Assembly: GCF_006345805.1 (NCBI RefSeq)
Contig: NC_042997.1
Coordinates: forward strand, 207,142,001-207,206,000
Direction: 5' to 3'
DNA: 64,000 nucleotides
Source of the DNA: Octopus sinensis
Lineage: Eukaryota
The notes beneath the pieces are model-generated. The model did no database searches. It was not told the origin of the DNA and worked only from the letters and a program-made list of their open reading frames with translations. Below are positions 1-10,499 of this stretch, one piece after another. Made by a program: the position numbers and the translations under genes. How positions within the stretch are numbered: position 1 is the first letter of the stretch; the number at the start of each line of letters is the position of its first letter.

Positions 1-49
1 TATTCTTTCACACTGGCAGCCAGCATGTTTGCTCTTTCGTGGTGTGTGA

Positions 50-1352
50 ACACTTCCCACCCCCACCACCTATACCAGAAGTCTTTATCCTCTCACCTCT
101 ATCAGATGTCTCTCCCATGAACACCTCCAAAGGCTTAATGTTCCCCCATCTCTACTTAATGATTATTTCCTATGCAATGTAGTGATTATGTAGCACACAA
201 AATGATGGTGTACAGAGGTTGAAGGCTATTGTATGTTTATGAGTTCTACCAAATGCAAGCTCTCTTTTCAGGTACATGATGCTACTGTACCCCATCCCAT
301 GGTCTCACAGGCCCACACTTTTCACATCCTCAGGGTTGGCACCCTCAACGTTGGCACACTGAAAGGTAGGTCTAGGGAGATTGTTGAGATGCTCGAACAG
401 AGACGTGTAGATTTGTGCTGCATCCAAGAATTAAGGAGGAGAAGAAGTTCTGCTATGTTCTTCACAGGCAAAGAACACAGGTACAAGATTTTCTGGGCAG
501 GGAACACTGACGGGGTCAGGGGTGTGAGTATACTTCTTGCAGAGAAATGGGTTGATAAGGTAATCGAGGTAGTCAGAGTCTGTGATAGAATACTTGGGAT
601 TAGATTAGTGCTGCAACATGGATTAGCAACCATTATCTCACCTTCTGCCCCTCAGTCAGGGCTACCTGATGAACAGAAAGACCAATTTTACGACACATCC
701 TTGCAGACTACTGCATTGATTTATGACAGGGATCCCCTCTTTGTGGCTGGCAACTTCAATGTTGGACAACATGCAGGGGGCTTCTATTGCATACATGGTG
801 GCTATGGTTCTGGTTCCTGTAGTGCTGTGGGAACTAGGCTGTTGGAGTTCTGTGATGCAAATGATCTTATGGTTTGCAATACTAACCTCAGGAAACCTAC
901 CAGTAACCAATTCACCTCCTGGTTGGGCAGATGTAATTGATCAAGAGTGACTACATCCTTGCCAGGAAATGAGAAAGATGGCTACTTATTAATACCAAAA
1001 CCTTCCCAGGTGAAGAATGCACTCCACAACATAGATTAGTAGTTAGCAACTTCAGGATCAAGGCTAAATGGATGGCCAGAAGATGACCAGCTTGGAAAAG
1101 AATGGTCTGGAAGCTTAAGGATCCTGTGAATGAACAGAGATTTAGAGACATATTTCTCGAAGCATTTGACAAAATAGAGGAGGATATAGCATCACATAAT
1201 GTGGAAGACAACTGGAGGTTTCTACGGGACAATCTGTTGAGGGCTACTGACGAGATCTGTGGATGGTTCAAAGTCCCCTCTTGACCCAAGGTAATGTGGT
1301 GGTGGAACAATGTAGTTGACAAGGCCATTAGGGAAAAGAAACAGGCTTGGAA
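50..1352 (+). mobile_element. RTE-clade LINE, decayed 5' fragment (5'UTR plus APE endonuclease)
   Basis: ORF 233-940 has APE motifs (VGTLNVGTL, CCIQE, GNFN, NTNLRKP). ORF 1102-1284 continues in another frame (WKLKDP..FLRDNLLRATDEICGW). Homologous to copies at 4203 and 51130; carries stops and frameshifts. Confidence 0.9.
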
Positions 1353-1364
1353 TTGCTACAGATC

Positions 1365-2623
1365 TGTAGCAATATTGTTTTCTTCATTGCTATCTTCACT
1401 GTTTGAGAGAAATATTAAGAATGATCTCGTTTGAGATTACAAACATCTTTGGCTAGTTTAACCTTATTGTGTCCACTGATCTGATTGGTTAGCATCTAAG
1501 CACGGTCTGTCTCTCTACTTATTTCGCGCCAGTGTGTAAACTGACCAATCACGGCTTTCGGATAGGACCTTTCATTTGAGCCATCTTAACTCCATAAATA
1601 GACTGATTATTTGATGATTCACTGTCTTTCGGCTTAAGACCTTTTAAGGTCTTGGTCGGAGACTACACAGAGCTTACTCAACCATGTTCCAGTTCGAAAG
1701 GCAAACGACAGCCAAGCCAAACATAATGTGAAGACGCTATTGTAAACCAGGTGACAGACATAACGTCATCACCAACATCGTCTCTATCTACGAAGATTTA
1801 ACTTGTTCACAACAAGATAAATACAGATTCAACTCATGCTGTTAGTGTGAAAATCTCACCACGGAAAAACAGTTGCAGTATATATATCTGAAAGAATATC
1901 TATATCAAGAGAAAAATAAGCACAACAAGTGACTCAACATGTTCCAGTCACAGCGACAGACGATCAGCCATGACGACGCTAATGTACACCCGCAACAGAA
2001 AGCCTTCTATCTCCGCCACCATCGTGACCATCATTGTACCAACTTCAAGTCGCCATCACCATCTTCCACTTCAAACATGTACACACCAACTTCACAGAAC
2101 CACGCTGTTAGAGTGAATCCCTTCACCAAGTAGAAACAGTCCATCTGAAGAATTCTTTATTAAGAGAACCAGCTCAGCGATTGAGACCATGACCGCGGCT
2201 CGACAATAATTCGCCAACCGGCCTCTGCCCGAGACACAACATCCTGATATTGAACTTTTACACATCGCGTACCTCATGAACTGTAAACCAATTTCCATCA
2301 TTAACTCTATGCTCTGTACCTACTATGTCACACGCTTTCACCCTTATTGTATCTGTCACACACACGAACACACAGACACAAACATGTGTTGCATGCACAC
2401 ACACACACACACTTGCTAGCACTCACAACCTTCTAACATTAACACCATTGTAAATAAAATCTTATCTTCTCCCCAACAGTGGAACGGCTTGTCGTCAATT
2501 CATCTATATTCTGTTGGCACTGCATTGTATAAATTGTATTTATGGCTTATCTTATTACGTTAGGGATGCGACCGTGTGACTTACCTACATCACCAACTTC
2601 CACATACGGTCGTATATCCTACA
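1365..2623 (+). mobile_element. Probable solo LTR
   Basis: Starts TGTAG and ends CTACA. CCAAT boxes at 1484-1488 (reverse) and 1545-1549, TATA-like CATAAATA at 1593-1600, AATAAA at 2453-2458. No coding capacity and no clear TSD. Confidence 0.4.
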
Positions 2624-2764
2624 CTGATGGGCATGTAGATGAAAAATAATGTTGTGTGACTGAGAGGGAGAGAGAGACAGACAGATAGAGACAGAGAGAG
2701 CAAGTGCCACTTACACATACATGCAAAAAATTCATACATCATAACATACACCTTCACTCACTCA

Positions 2765-2809
<45 letters not shown>

Positions 2810-4162
2810 GTCCATTTCATATACATGTACTTTTTAGACCTCTCTTTTACTTGCTCTTCTCACTTCAAAGCAAACGTTGCTTTTTCACTTCATTCTTTCT
2901 TTCAATTGTTGTGTTCTTCAAAGCATAAAGAAGTAAAAAAACAATTTTACAGAAATTAATGAACAACCATATGATCCCAAATATGTCAAGTGGCAACTTT
3001 GCTTCTTCAAACAAAACAATGCCATAAAATAACTTCCTGTGACAGATGCACATATACACACACTCTACATAAAACTTCTGTGTGAATTATGTTATTTTTT
3101 GCAGTGTGCATGCGCAAATTTACAGCTCAAATCCAACTGAAATGATCTTTTCCTATTCTGTAATTTGTGTTTGTGATGAGTGTATTTAAAAACCTGATTT
3201 TCAATATAAACTTAAAAGAATGTTTTCCCAGAAATCCTGTCCTGTACCCCTTCTTTCTAGCATGTCCGAGGTGACATTTCCATTACCCAACCATATTTTT
3301 TTACCTAAATTTCTTCTGATTCCCATATTTACGATACAAGAGATTATGATTTCACCCACAAAACACCTTCTCAGTATTTTAATTTTCCCCCTCTCCACAC
3401 CAAATTAAATTTTTACTTTTTTCAAATCTTTATTCTTGGTAATCCATGGAGACAAAACAAAGAGTACGAATCTTTAAGAATTTTATCCATCACCTCACCA
3501 CTTTCAAAAAGCTACACACTCCCAATGATTCACTTTTAGCTTTTTGGAAAGCAGGGAAGTTTCTTCACAAATAATGACGTTTACCTGTTGTTCGTAGCAT
3601 GTCGGGTTTTCTGGTGGTGGTCTGGTATTTTTTAAGTCTACTGTTTCACTAAAATTCTGCACATGTGGGAAACATCAAACAAAAGTGAAAGATTGGGAGA
3701 TTTTAGTTTTTTAAAAACTGGTAGGTGATGGGTGGGTGAGGTGTGGGAAGGGACATTGAGTTTTCTTTGAGAAAAATTAAACTATAAAATATATATATAT
3801 TTATTTCCCAGATTTGTAATCTCTATTTTTCTAGGTAGATAACAAAAAAGAAAAAAAGAAAAACTTTACAAATTAAGAAATTGCAGTGAGATGGGGGAAA
3901 TTTTAATTTTGAACACACGATTTCTGGACAAAATCATATCAACCCCCTTTTATATGTTGAAACAATACATAGTTTGCGATCCTTCTTAAGAACAGAAAGC
4001 ACTTTCTTGCAAACTCATGCAAATTGTACCATCGCTCTTCACTATTAAACAAACAATAATTTCCATTATTCCATTGGCTATATATCAGAAAGGAGCAAAT
4101 TATACAATGTGCTTGTGGGTCATAACACCCGGGCAATGCTGGGATGCATTGCTAGTGTGTGA

Positions 4163-4203
<41 letters not shown>

Positions 4204-4205
4204 AA

Positions 4206-7019
4206 TGGGTAGATAAAGTAATTGAGGTAATCAGAGTATGCGACAGAATACTTAAGATTAGATTAGCACTTCATCATTGTTTAGCAACCATTATATCAGC
4301 CTATGCTCCTCAGTCGGGGCTACCTGATGGACAGAAAGACCGATTCTATGACACTCTACTGCAGACTACCTCGTTGACGAACGACAGAGACCTTCTCTTT
4401 GTGGCTGGTGACTTCAATGGTCACGTTGGACGACATGCTGGGGGCTTCCACGGCGTACATGGAGGCTATGGCTCTGGTTCCCGCAACGAGGAGGGAACCA
4501 GGCTGCTGGAGTTCTGCGATGCAAATAATCTTATGATTTGCAACACTAACTTCAGGAAACCTACCAGCCACCTAGTCACCTACCGATCGGGCCAACATAC
4601 CAGCCAAATTGACTACATCCTTGCCAGGCAAAGGGAGAGATGGCTACTTATAAATGCCAAAACCTTCCCAGGCGAAGAATGCACCCCACAACATAGACTG
4701 GTAGTTAGTGACTTTAGGATCAGGAGTAGGAGGACAACCAGAAGACGACCAACATGGAGAAGAAGGATCTGGAAGCTTAAGGATCCTGTGAATGGACAGA
4801 GATTTAGAGACATGTTACTTGAAGCCTTTGACGAAGTAGAAGGGGATAGTGTATCACATGGGGTAGAGGACAACTGGACGTTTCTAAGGGACAACCTGCT
4901 GAGAGCCACTGACCAGATCTGTGGCTGGTGCAAAGTCCCCTCTCGTCCCAAGGTAACGTGGTGGTGGAACAGTGTCGTAGACAGGGCTATTAGAGAAAAG
5001 AGACATACTTGGAAGCACTGGAAGAATGGTGGTAGCAGGGAACTGTATCAGACTGCTAAAAGGGAAGCTAGGAGACAGGTCTATCTAGCCAGAGGGGAAG
5101 CAGATAAGAAAAAATTTGCCAATGTTCTGAGCCGTGAGGACCAAACACTGGAGGTGTTTCGCGTTGCAAGACAGTGTGTGAGAGAGAATTGTGATGTGGT
5201 GGGAGAGAAGTGTGTTCGCATGGAAGATGGTTCACTTGCACTAAACGAGGATGCAAAGAGAGAGGCTTGGAGACGCCACTATGAAAGGTTGCTGAATAAA
5301 GAAAATGAATGGGATAAAGAGAGTCTGCCGAACGTTGACCCAACAGAGGGACCAGCTATCAGGGTTGATAGTTCCTTAGTAGCTAAGGCAATTAGAAGCA
5401 TGAAGACAGGGAAAGCCCCAGGCCCATCAGGTATCACTGCAGAGATGCTCAAAATATCTGGTAGTGTTCGCTATAGCCTAGTCACCTGTATAGTTAATCA
5501 GGTGATACATGAAGGAGTCATACCCAATGACTGGTGTAGCAGCATAATAGTCAACTGCTACAAAGGTAAAGGTGATGCCCTAGATACAAATAATTACAGA
5601 GGTATCAAGCTGTTGGATCAGGTGATGAAGGTTACAGAGAGGGTCATAAGCCAACTAATTAGAGAGAGAGTTAGTTTAGATGAGATGCAGTTTGGTTTCG
5701 TGCCAGGGAAAAGTACCACTGATGCTATATTCCTGGTAAGGCAGCTGCAAGAGAAATACCTAGCCAAAGATAAGGCCCTGTACCTGGCTTTTGTTGACAT
5801 GGAGAAAGCCTTCGACAGGGTCCCCCGATCCCTCATATGGTGGTCAATGAGGAAACTAGGAATAGAAGAATGGTTAGTGATAGCTGTGCAAGCCATGTAC
5901 AGGGACGCTGCTAGTAAGGTGAGGGTTGGAAATGAGTACAGTGAAGAATTCCGGGTAGAGGTAGGGGTCCACCAAGGCTCAGTCCTCAGCCCCCTCCTAT
6001 TTATCATAGTCCTCCAGGCAATAACGGAGGAATTCAAGACAGGATGCCCCTGGGAGCTCCTCTATGCTGATGACCTTGCTCTAATTGCTGAGTCATTATC
6101 AGAACTGGAGAAGAAGTTTCAGGTGTGGAAGCATGGTTTAGAATCGAAGGGCCTTAGAGTCAACCTAGCTAAAACCAGAGTCGTAATAAGTAGGAAGGTA
6201 GACAAATCACAAAGGCCTTCAGGTAGATGGCCCTGCTCGATCTGTAGAAAAGGTGTAGGTAGAAACTCTATAAGATGCACCAAGTGTAAGCTATGGACAC
6301 ATAAGAGGTGCAGCAATGTTATAGGAAGGCTAACTAGGAAGATGGTTTTTGTATGTGGCAGATGCTCGGGAGCATTAACCTCTGAAAATCTGCAGAAAAC
6401 AACTTCCGTCACTTTCCAGGGGGAAAAACTAGAAGTAGTTGATAGCTTCCGTTATCTTGGTGACCAAGTCAGTAGTGGGGGTGGGTGTGCTGAAAGTGTA
6501 ACGGCTAGAGTAAGAATAGCCTGGGCAAAGTTTAGGGAGCTCTTACCTCTGTTGGTGACTAAAGGCCTCTCGCTCAGAGTAAAAGGCAGACTGTATGATG
6601 CATGTGTACGAACAGCCATGCTACATGGCAGTGAAACATGGGCCGTGACTGCTGAGGACATGCGTAAGCTCGCGAGAAATGAAGCTAGTATGCTCCGTTG
6701 GATGTGTAATGTCAGTGTTCATAGTCGACAGAGTGTAAGTACCTTGAGAGAAAAGTTGGACCTAAGAGGAATCAGATGTTGTGTGCAAGAGAGACGATTG
6801 CGCTGGTATGGTCATGTGGTGAGAATGGATGAAGATAAGTGTGTGAAAAAGTGCCACACCCTGGCAGTTGAGGGGACCTGTGGAAGAGGTAGACCCAGGA
6901 AAACCTGGGTCGAGGTGGTGAAGCACGACCTTCGAACTCTAGGTCTCACCAAGGAAATGACCAGAGACCGAGACCTATGGAAGTATGCTGTGCGTGAGAA
7001 GACCCGGCAAGACCAGTGA
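4206..7019 (+). CDS. RTE LINE polyprotein (APE C-terminal part, reverse transcriptase, internal PHD finger); N-terminus missing
   Basis: Frame is open from 4206 (WVDKVIEV...) to TGA at 7017-7019. Motifs: GDFNGHVG, IDYIL, QHRLVV (APE); KAPGPSG, YRGIKLL, QFGFVPGKSTTDA, DMEKAFDRV, GVHQGSVLSPLLF, YADD (RT). The track's start at 4374 is a TTG, not a true initiator. Confidence 0.93.
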   Translation, partial: WVDKVIEVIRVCDRILKIRLALHHCLATIISAYAPQSGLPDGQKDRFYDTLLQTTSLTNDRDLLFVAGDFNGHVGRHAGGFHGVHGGYGSGSRNEEGTRLLEFCDANNLMICNTNFRKPTSHLVTYRSGQHTSQIDYILARQRERWLLINAKTFPGEECTPQHRLVVSDFRIRSRRTTRRRPTWRRRIWKLKDPVNGQRFRDMLLEAFDEVEGDSVSHGVEDNWTFLRDNLLRATDQICGWCKVPSRPKVTWWWNSVVDRAIREKRHTWKHWKNGGSRELYQTAKREARRQVYLARGEADKKKFANVLSREDQTLEVFRVARQCVRENCDVVGEKCVRMEDGSLALNEDAKREAWRRHYERLLNKENEWDKESLPNVDPTEGPAIRVDSSLVAKAIRSMKTGKAPGPSGITAEMLKISGSVRYSLVTCIVNQVIHEGVIPNDWCSSIIVNCYKGKGDALDTNNYRGIKLLDQVMKVTERVISQLIRERVSLDEMQFGFVPGKSTTDAIFLVRQLQEKYLAKDKALYLAFVDMEKAFDRVPRSLIWWSMRKLGIEEWLVIAVQAMYRDAASKVRVGNEYSEEFRVEVGVHQGSVLSPLLFIIVLQAITEEFKTGCPWELLYADDLALIAESLSELEKKFQVWKHGLESKGLRVNLAKTRVVISRKVDKSQRPSGRWPCSICRKGVGRNSIRCTKCKLWTHKRCSNVIGRLTRKMVFVCGRCSGALTSENLQKTTSVTFQGEKLEVVDSFRYLGDQVSSGGGCAESVTARVRIAWAKFRELLPLLVTKGLSLRVKGRLYDACVRTAMLHGSETWAVTAEDMRKLARNEASMLRWMCNVSVHSRQSVSTLREKLDLRGIRCCVQERRLRWYGHVVRMDEDKCVKKCHTLAVEGTCGRGRPRKTWVEVVKHDLRTLGLTKEMTRDRDLWKYAVREKTRQDQ
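6234..6365 (+). other. PHD-type C4HC3 zinc finger within the RT ORF
   Basis: CSIC-x10-CTKC-x4-HKRC-x14-CGRC, lying between GLRVNLAKT and the thumb motif FRYLG. Also present in the copies near 41935-42065 and 53440-53575. Confidence 0.8.
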
Positions 7020-7067
7020 GAACAATCAAAATCAAATCATATATCAGAAAGCAGGGGTTAAGTGACC

Positions 7068-7676
7068 CATCCATTCGTGTCCGCTGTCAGCCTCGTCTGG
7101 CACCCGTGCCGGTGATACGTAAAAGCACAATTCGCTCGTGGCCGTTTGCCAGCTCTGCCTGGCCCCGTGTTGGTGGCACGTAAAAGCACCATCCGTTCGT
7201 GTTCGTTGCCAGCCTCGCCTGGCCCCGTGCCGGTGACACGTAAAAGCACCGTCCGTTCGTGGCCGTTTACCAGCTCTGTCTGGCCCCGTGTTGGTGGCAC
7301 GTAAAAGCACATCCGTTCGTGTCCGTTGCCAGCCTCGGCTGGCCCCCGTGCCGGTGACACGTAAAAGCACTGTCCGCTCGTGGCCGTTTGCCAGCTCTGT
7401 CTGGCCCCGTGTCGGTGGCACGTAAAAGCACCATCCGTCCGCGTCCGTTGCCAGCCTCGGCTGGCCCCCGTGCTGGTGACACGTAAAAGCACCGTCCGTT
7501 CGTGGCCGTTTGCCAGCCCTGTCTGGCCCCGTGTCGGTGGCACGTAAAAGCACCATCCGTTCGTGTCCGTTGCCAGCATCGCCTGGCCCCGTGCCGGTGA
7601 CACGTAAAAGCACCATCCGTTCGTGGCTGTTCGCCAGCTCTGTCTGGCACCTGTGCAGGTGGCACGTAAAAAACAC
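7068..7676 (+). repeat. Ten 60-61 bp GC-rich tandem units in alternating A/B order, in the RTE 3'UTR
   Basis: The anchor GTAAAA(G/A)CAC recurs near 7119, 7180, 7240, 7301, 7361, 7422, 7483, 7544, 7604 and 7665. Confidence 0.95.
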
Positions 7677-8098
7677 CCACTACACTCGCGGAGTGGTTGG
7701 CGTTAGGAAGGGCATCCAGCCGTAGAAACACTGCCAGATCTGACTGGGCCTGACGAAGCCTTCCAGCTTCACAGACCCCAGTTGACCCGTCCAACCCATG
7801 CTAGCATGGAAAGCGGACGCTAAACGATGATGATGATGATATATATACAGATAAGAAAGTTGGTTTGTGAAAGCACGTGGGTGAATATATAGAAAATAGT
7901 AAAAAGTGAAAAAACTACAGAAGGCATGAATGTTAAAGAATATATATATTTGCGTCAATATGTCTGAAGAATATTAAAGAATTAAAAAAAAATTTTTTTC
8001 TCTTATAATGACATAATTTAGAAGAAAGACCGGTTTCGCGTTTAGCTTTTCAAATTTCTTGCGACATTATTTATATATATATATATATATATAATATA

Positions 8099-8145
<47 letters not shown>

Positions 8146-8514
8146 ATATTATATATATATATATATATATAATAATATTATATATATATATGTATATCAT
8201 AGATATATGTATATATATAGGTGAGTTAAATTAGAGGTTACAACAACTGTTTAAGGGATACTTGTAACCAATGAATCCACTGGTGTATTACCTATATTTA
8301 TTTAATCAGGAGCATTGGTATTAATGCTCCTAAATGATAGGTAGTGACAAAAATAAACCAATGTTTATCGATATTCAAGGAAAGCAGAAAATGGAGATAA
8401 AATTGATGAATAACAATTTATCCATATCGATTATCATTTATTAACTAATTACAAAAAGACAGAATCTCAACTTACAGCTGTTTCCATTAGTGTGATTCCC
8501 AGGCTTAACCACCA

Positions 8515-8534
8515 CAATAATAATAATGATGATG

Positions 8535-8579
<45 letters not shown>

Positions 8580-8590
8580 TAAATAAATAA
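8515..8590 (+). repeat. (AAT)n microsatellite
   Basis: Direct reading. Confidence 0.95.
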
Positions 8591-10497
8591 AATTAAAATA
8601 CATAGGGCACTCTATGAATAAATGGCAGACAGTGCTACAGCTCCAAACAAAAAAGGGACTCGTGAAAACCAAAGCCTTCCTCATTAGAAGAGGATTATTC
8701 CAGGGAGACACTCTCTCTCCACTCCTTTTCAACTTGGCACTGTCACCTCTATCTGATATGCTAAATAGAACTGGATGTAGATACAAGTGTTACAGCAAAA
8801 CAATCAGCCACCTTTTATATGTGGATGACCTAAAACTATACGCTGCAAATGACAAACAGCTGGAAACACTATTAAAGACAGTTCATGGATTCACCAAAGA
8901 AATAGATATGAAATTTGGATTAGAAAAATGTGCCAAAGTAACCCTGAAAAGAGGAAAACTAGTTAAGAGTAACAACATCACACTAGATAAAGCAAATGAA
9001 ATAAAAGAATTAGACCAAAGCCAGACTTACAAATACTTAGGAATCAATGAACTAGATAAGACACAACACACACAAATGAATGAGAAAATAAAGAAAGAAT
9101 ACTATAGACGAGTTAGATCAATACTAAAAACAGAGCTCAATGCTAAAAACAAGATAACAGGTATTAATACTTTAGCTGTCCCAGTTATAAGTTACAGCTA
9201 CAATATCCTTAACTGGACGCTAAATGAACTAACCAAAATAGACAGAAAAACAAGAAAAATAATGACAGGTTCTAGGATGCACCACCCAAAATCTGACATA
9301 GAAAGACTATATATACAACGTATAGAAGGTGGTAGAGGCTTTATACAGCTGGAAAACTATTATAAAATAACCACCATAGGACTGCAAAAATACCTACTTC
9401 CGAAGGAAGGAAAACTGATACAAATAGCGGCAAAACACGAGCAAAACAAAAAACTGTTTTCAGTATTTAAAGAAGCTGACAAATACAAACAAGAAATCAT
9501 ACCACCTAATAAATATGAAGAAGAAGAAGAAAATGAAGAAACAACAAAAGCTATAAAACAAATGAAATCCAAACTAAAAACAGAACAGCAACGAACCATG
9601 ATAAAACAATGGCAAGAAAAGCCCCTTCATGGTAAATACTGGACTAAACTAAATGCAAAAGAAATAGACAAAGAAAAATCCCAGCAGTGGCTGAGAAGCT
9701 CAGGACTCAAAGCAGAAACAGAGGGATTTTTAATTGCAGCACAAGACCAAAGCCTCCTCATCAGAAATTACCAAAAACATGTAATGAAAAGAAATATAAC
9801 AAGTAACTGCAGAATATGTGGAGTTGGACAAGAAACAATAAATCATATTATCTCTAGCTGCCCAGTCCTGGCTAAGAAGGAATATATTCACAGACATGAC
9901 AGAGTTGGAACCTACATACATTGGAAGCTATGCCAACATTATGGAATAACAACAGAAAAAAGATGGTATAGGCACACACCAGAAAAGGTCACAGAAAACG
10001 AGAAAGCAACCATACTCTGGGATATGCCGATACACACAGATAGAAAAATTAAGGCCAACAGACCAGATATAGTTGTCAGAGATCATGAAGAAGAAAAATG
10101 CTTTCTAATTGATGTATCAATACCAGCAGATGACAACATTTTTCTAAAAGAAATGGAGAAACTTTCAAAATACAAAGACCTGGAAATAGAGGTAACTAGA
10201 ATGTGGAATCTGAAAACAGAAACAATTCCTATCATAGTAGGTGCATTAGGCATGATAAAAAAATATTCAGACAAATACATAACAAAAACACCAGGACTTA
10301 CAAACACATATAACATACAGAAAATTGCACTACTAGGCACTGCACACATCCTACGCAGAACACTTTCAATACAATAACCATCAGAGCATCACAACAAATC
10401 ACAGCACATACCCAAAGCACACAGAGCTGCGCTCGGTAGTGAAGTGAAAGCACGCTATAAAAATAAAACTACTGAATAATAATAATAATAATAATAG
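8591..10497 (+). mobile_element. R4/Dong-type non-LTR retrotransposon (RLE endonuclease), 5'-truncated, inserted in (AAT)n
   Basis: RT plus CCHC plus RLE ORF, about 100 bp of 3'UTR, (AAT)n on both sides. Confidence 0.88.
8614..10377 (+). CDS. RT C-terminal half, zinc knuckle and restriction-like endonuclease of an R4/Dong element
   Basis: RGLFQGDTLSPLLF, YVDDLKL, YKYLG, GGRG, CRICG..ETINHIISSC, RPDIVV..CFLIDVSIP..K..KYKDL; 587 codons uninterrupted. Confidence 0.9.
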   Translation: MNKWQTVLQLQTKKGLVKTKAFLIRRGLFQGDTLSPLLFNLALSPLSDMLNRTGCRYKCYSKTISHLLYVDDLKLYAANDKQLETLLKTVHGFTKEIDMKFGLEKCAKVTLKRGKLVKSNNITLDKANEIKELDQSQTYKYLGINELDKTQHTQMNEKIKKEYYRRVRSILKTELNAKNKITGINTLAVPVISYSYNILNWTLNELTKIDRKTRKIMTGSRMHHPKSDIERLYIQRIEGGRGFIQLENYYKITTIGLQKYLLPKEGKLIQIAAKHEQNKKLFSVFKEADKYKQEIIPPNKYEEEEENEETTKAIKQMKSKLKTEQQRTMIKQWQEKPLHGKYWTKLNAKEIDKEKSQQWLRSSGLKAETEGFLIAAQDQSLLIRNYQKHVMKRNITSNCRICGVGQETINHIISSCPVLAKKEYIHRHDRVGTYIHWKLCQHYGITTEKRWYRHTPEKVTENEKATILWDMPIHTDRKIKANRPDIVVRDHEEEKCFLIDVSIPADDNIFLKEMEKLSKYKDLEIEVTRMWNLKTETIPIIVGALGMIKKYSDKYITKTPGLTNTYNIQKIALLGTAHILRRTLSIQ

Positions 10498-10499
10498 TT

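Larger units (their letters stand above)
4203..7832 (+). mobile_element. RTE-clade LINE, young 5'-truncated copy with complete 3' end and (GAT)n tail
   Basis: Begins at a (TA)n tract. APE plus RT ORF, 3'UTR repeat array, conserved tail GGAGTGGTTGGCGTTAGGAAGGGCATCCAGC...GGACGCTAAAC(GAT)n. Confidence 0.95.

Noticed and set aside
3585-3656. Possible 72-nt minus-strand exon (NFSETVDLKNTRPPPENPTCYEQQ) with AG/GT ends
   Set aside because: I found no partner exons or recognisable domain. Nearby minus-strand sequence (LHGLPRIK) hints at a decayed PLE instead. Unresolved without RNA data.
7068-7676. CRISPR array interpretation of the regular 60-bp palindromic units
   Set aside because: There are no unique spacers (the whole unit repeats), no cas genes, and the context is a eukaryotic LINE 3'UTR.
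7044-7794. ORFs of 175-210 aa on the minus strand
   Set aside because: They are translations of the tandem array, open only because the unit is GC-rich and close to a multiple of three.
8022-8060. Hammerhead-like relics (8022-8060 minus; 28395-28432 plus and its mirror; 26025-26040; 27153-27168; 10525-10552 minus)
   Set aside because: Each keeps only part of the motif, such as GAAA plus a palindrome plus UH, or CUGAUGA alone. The catalytic core is mutated or missing.
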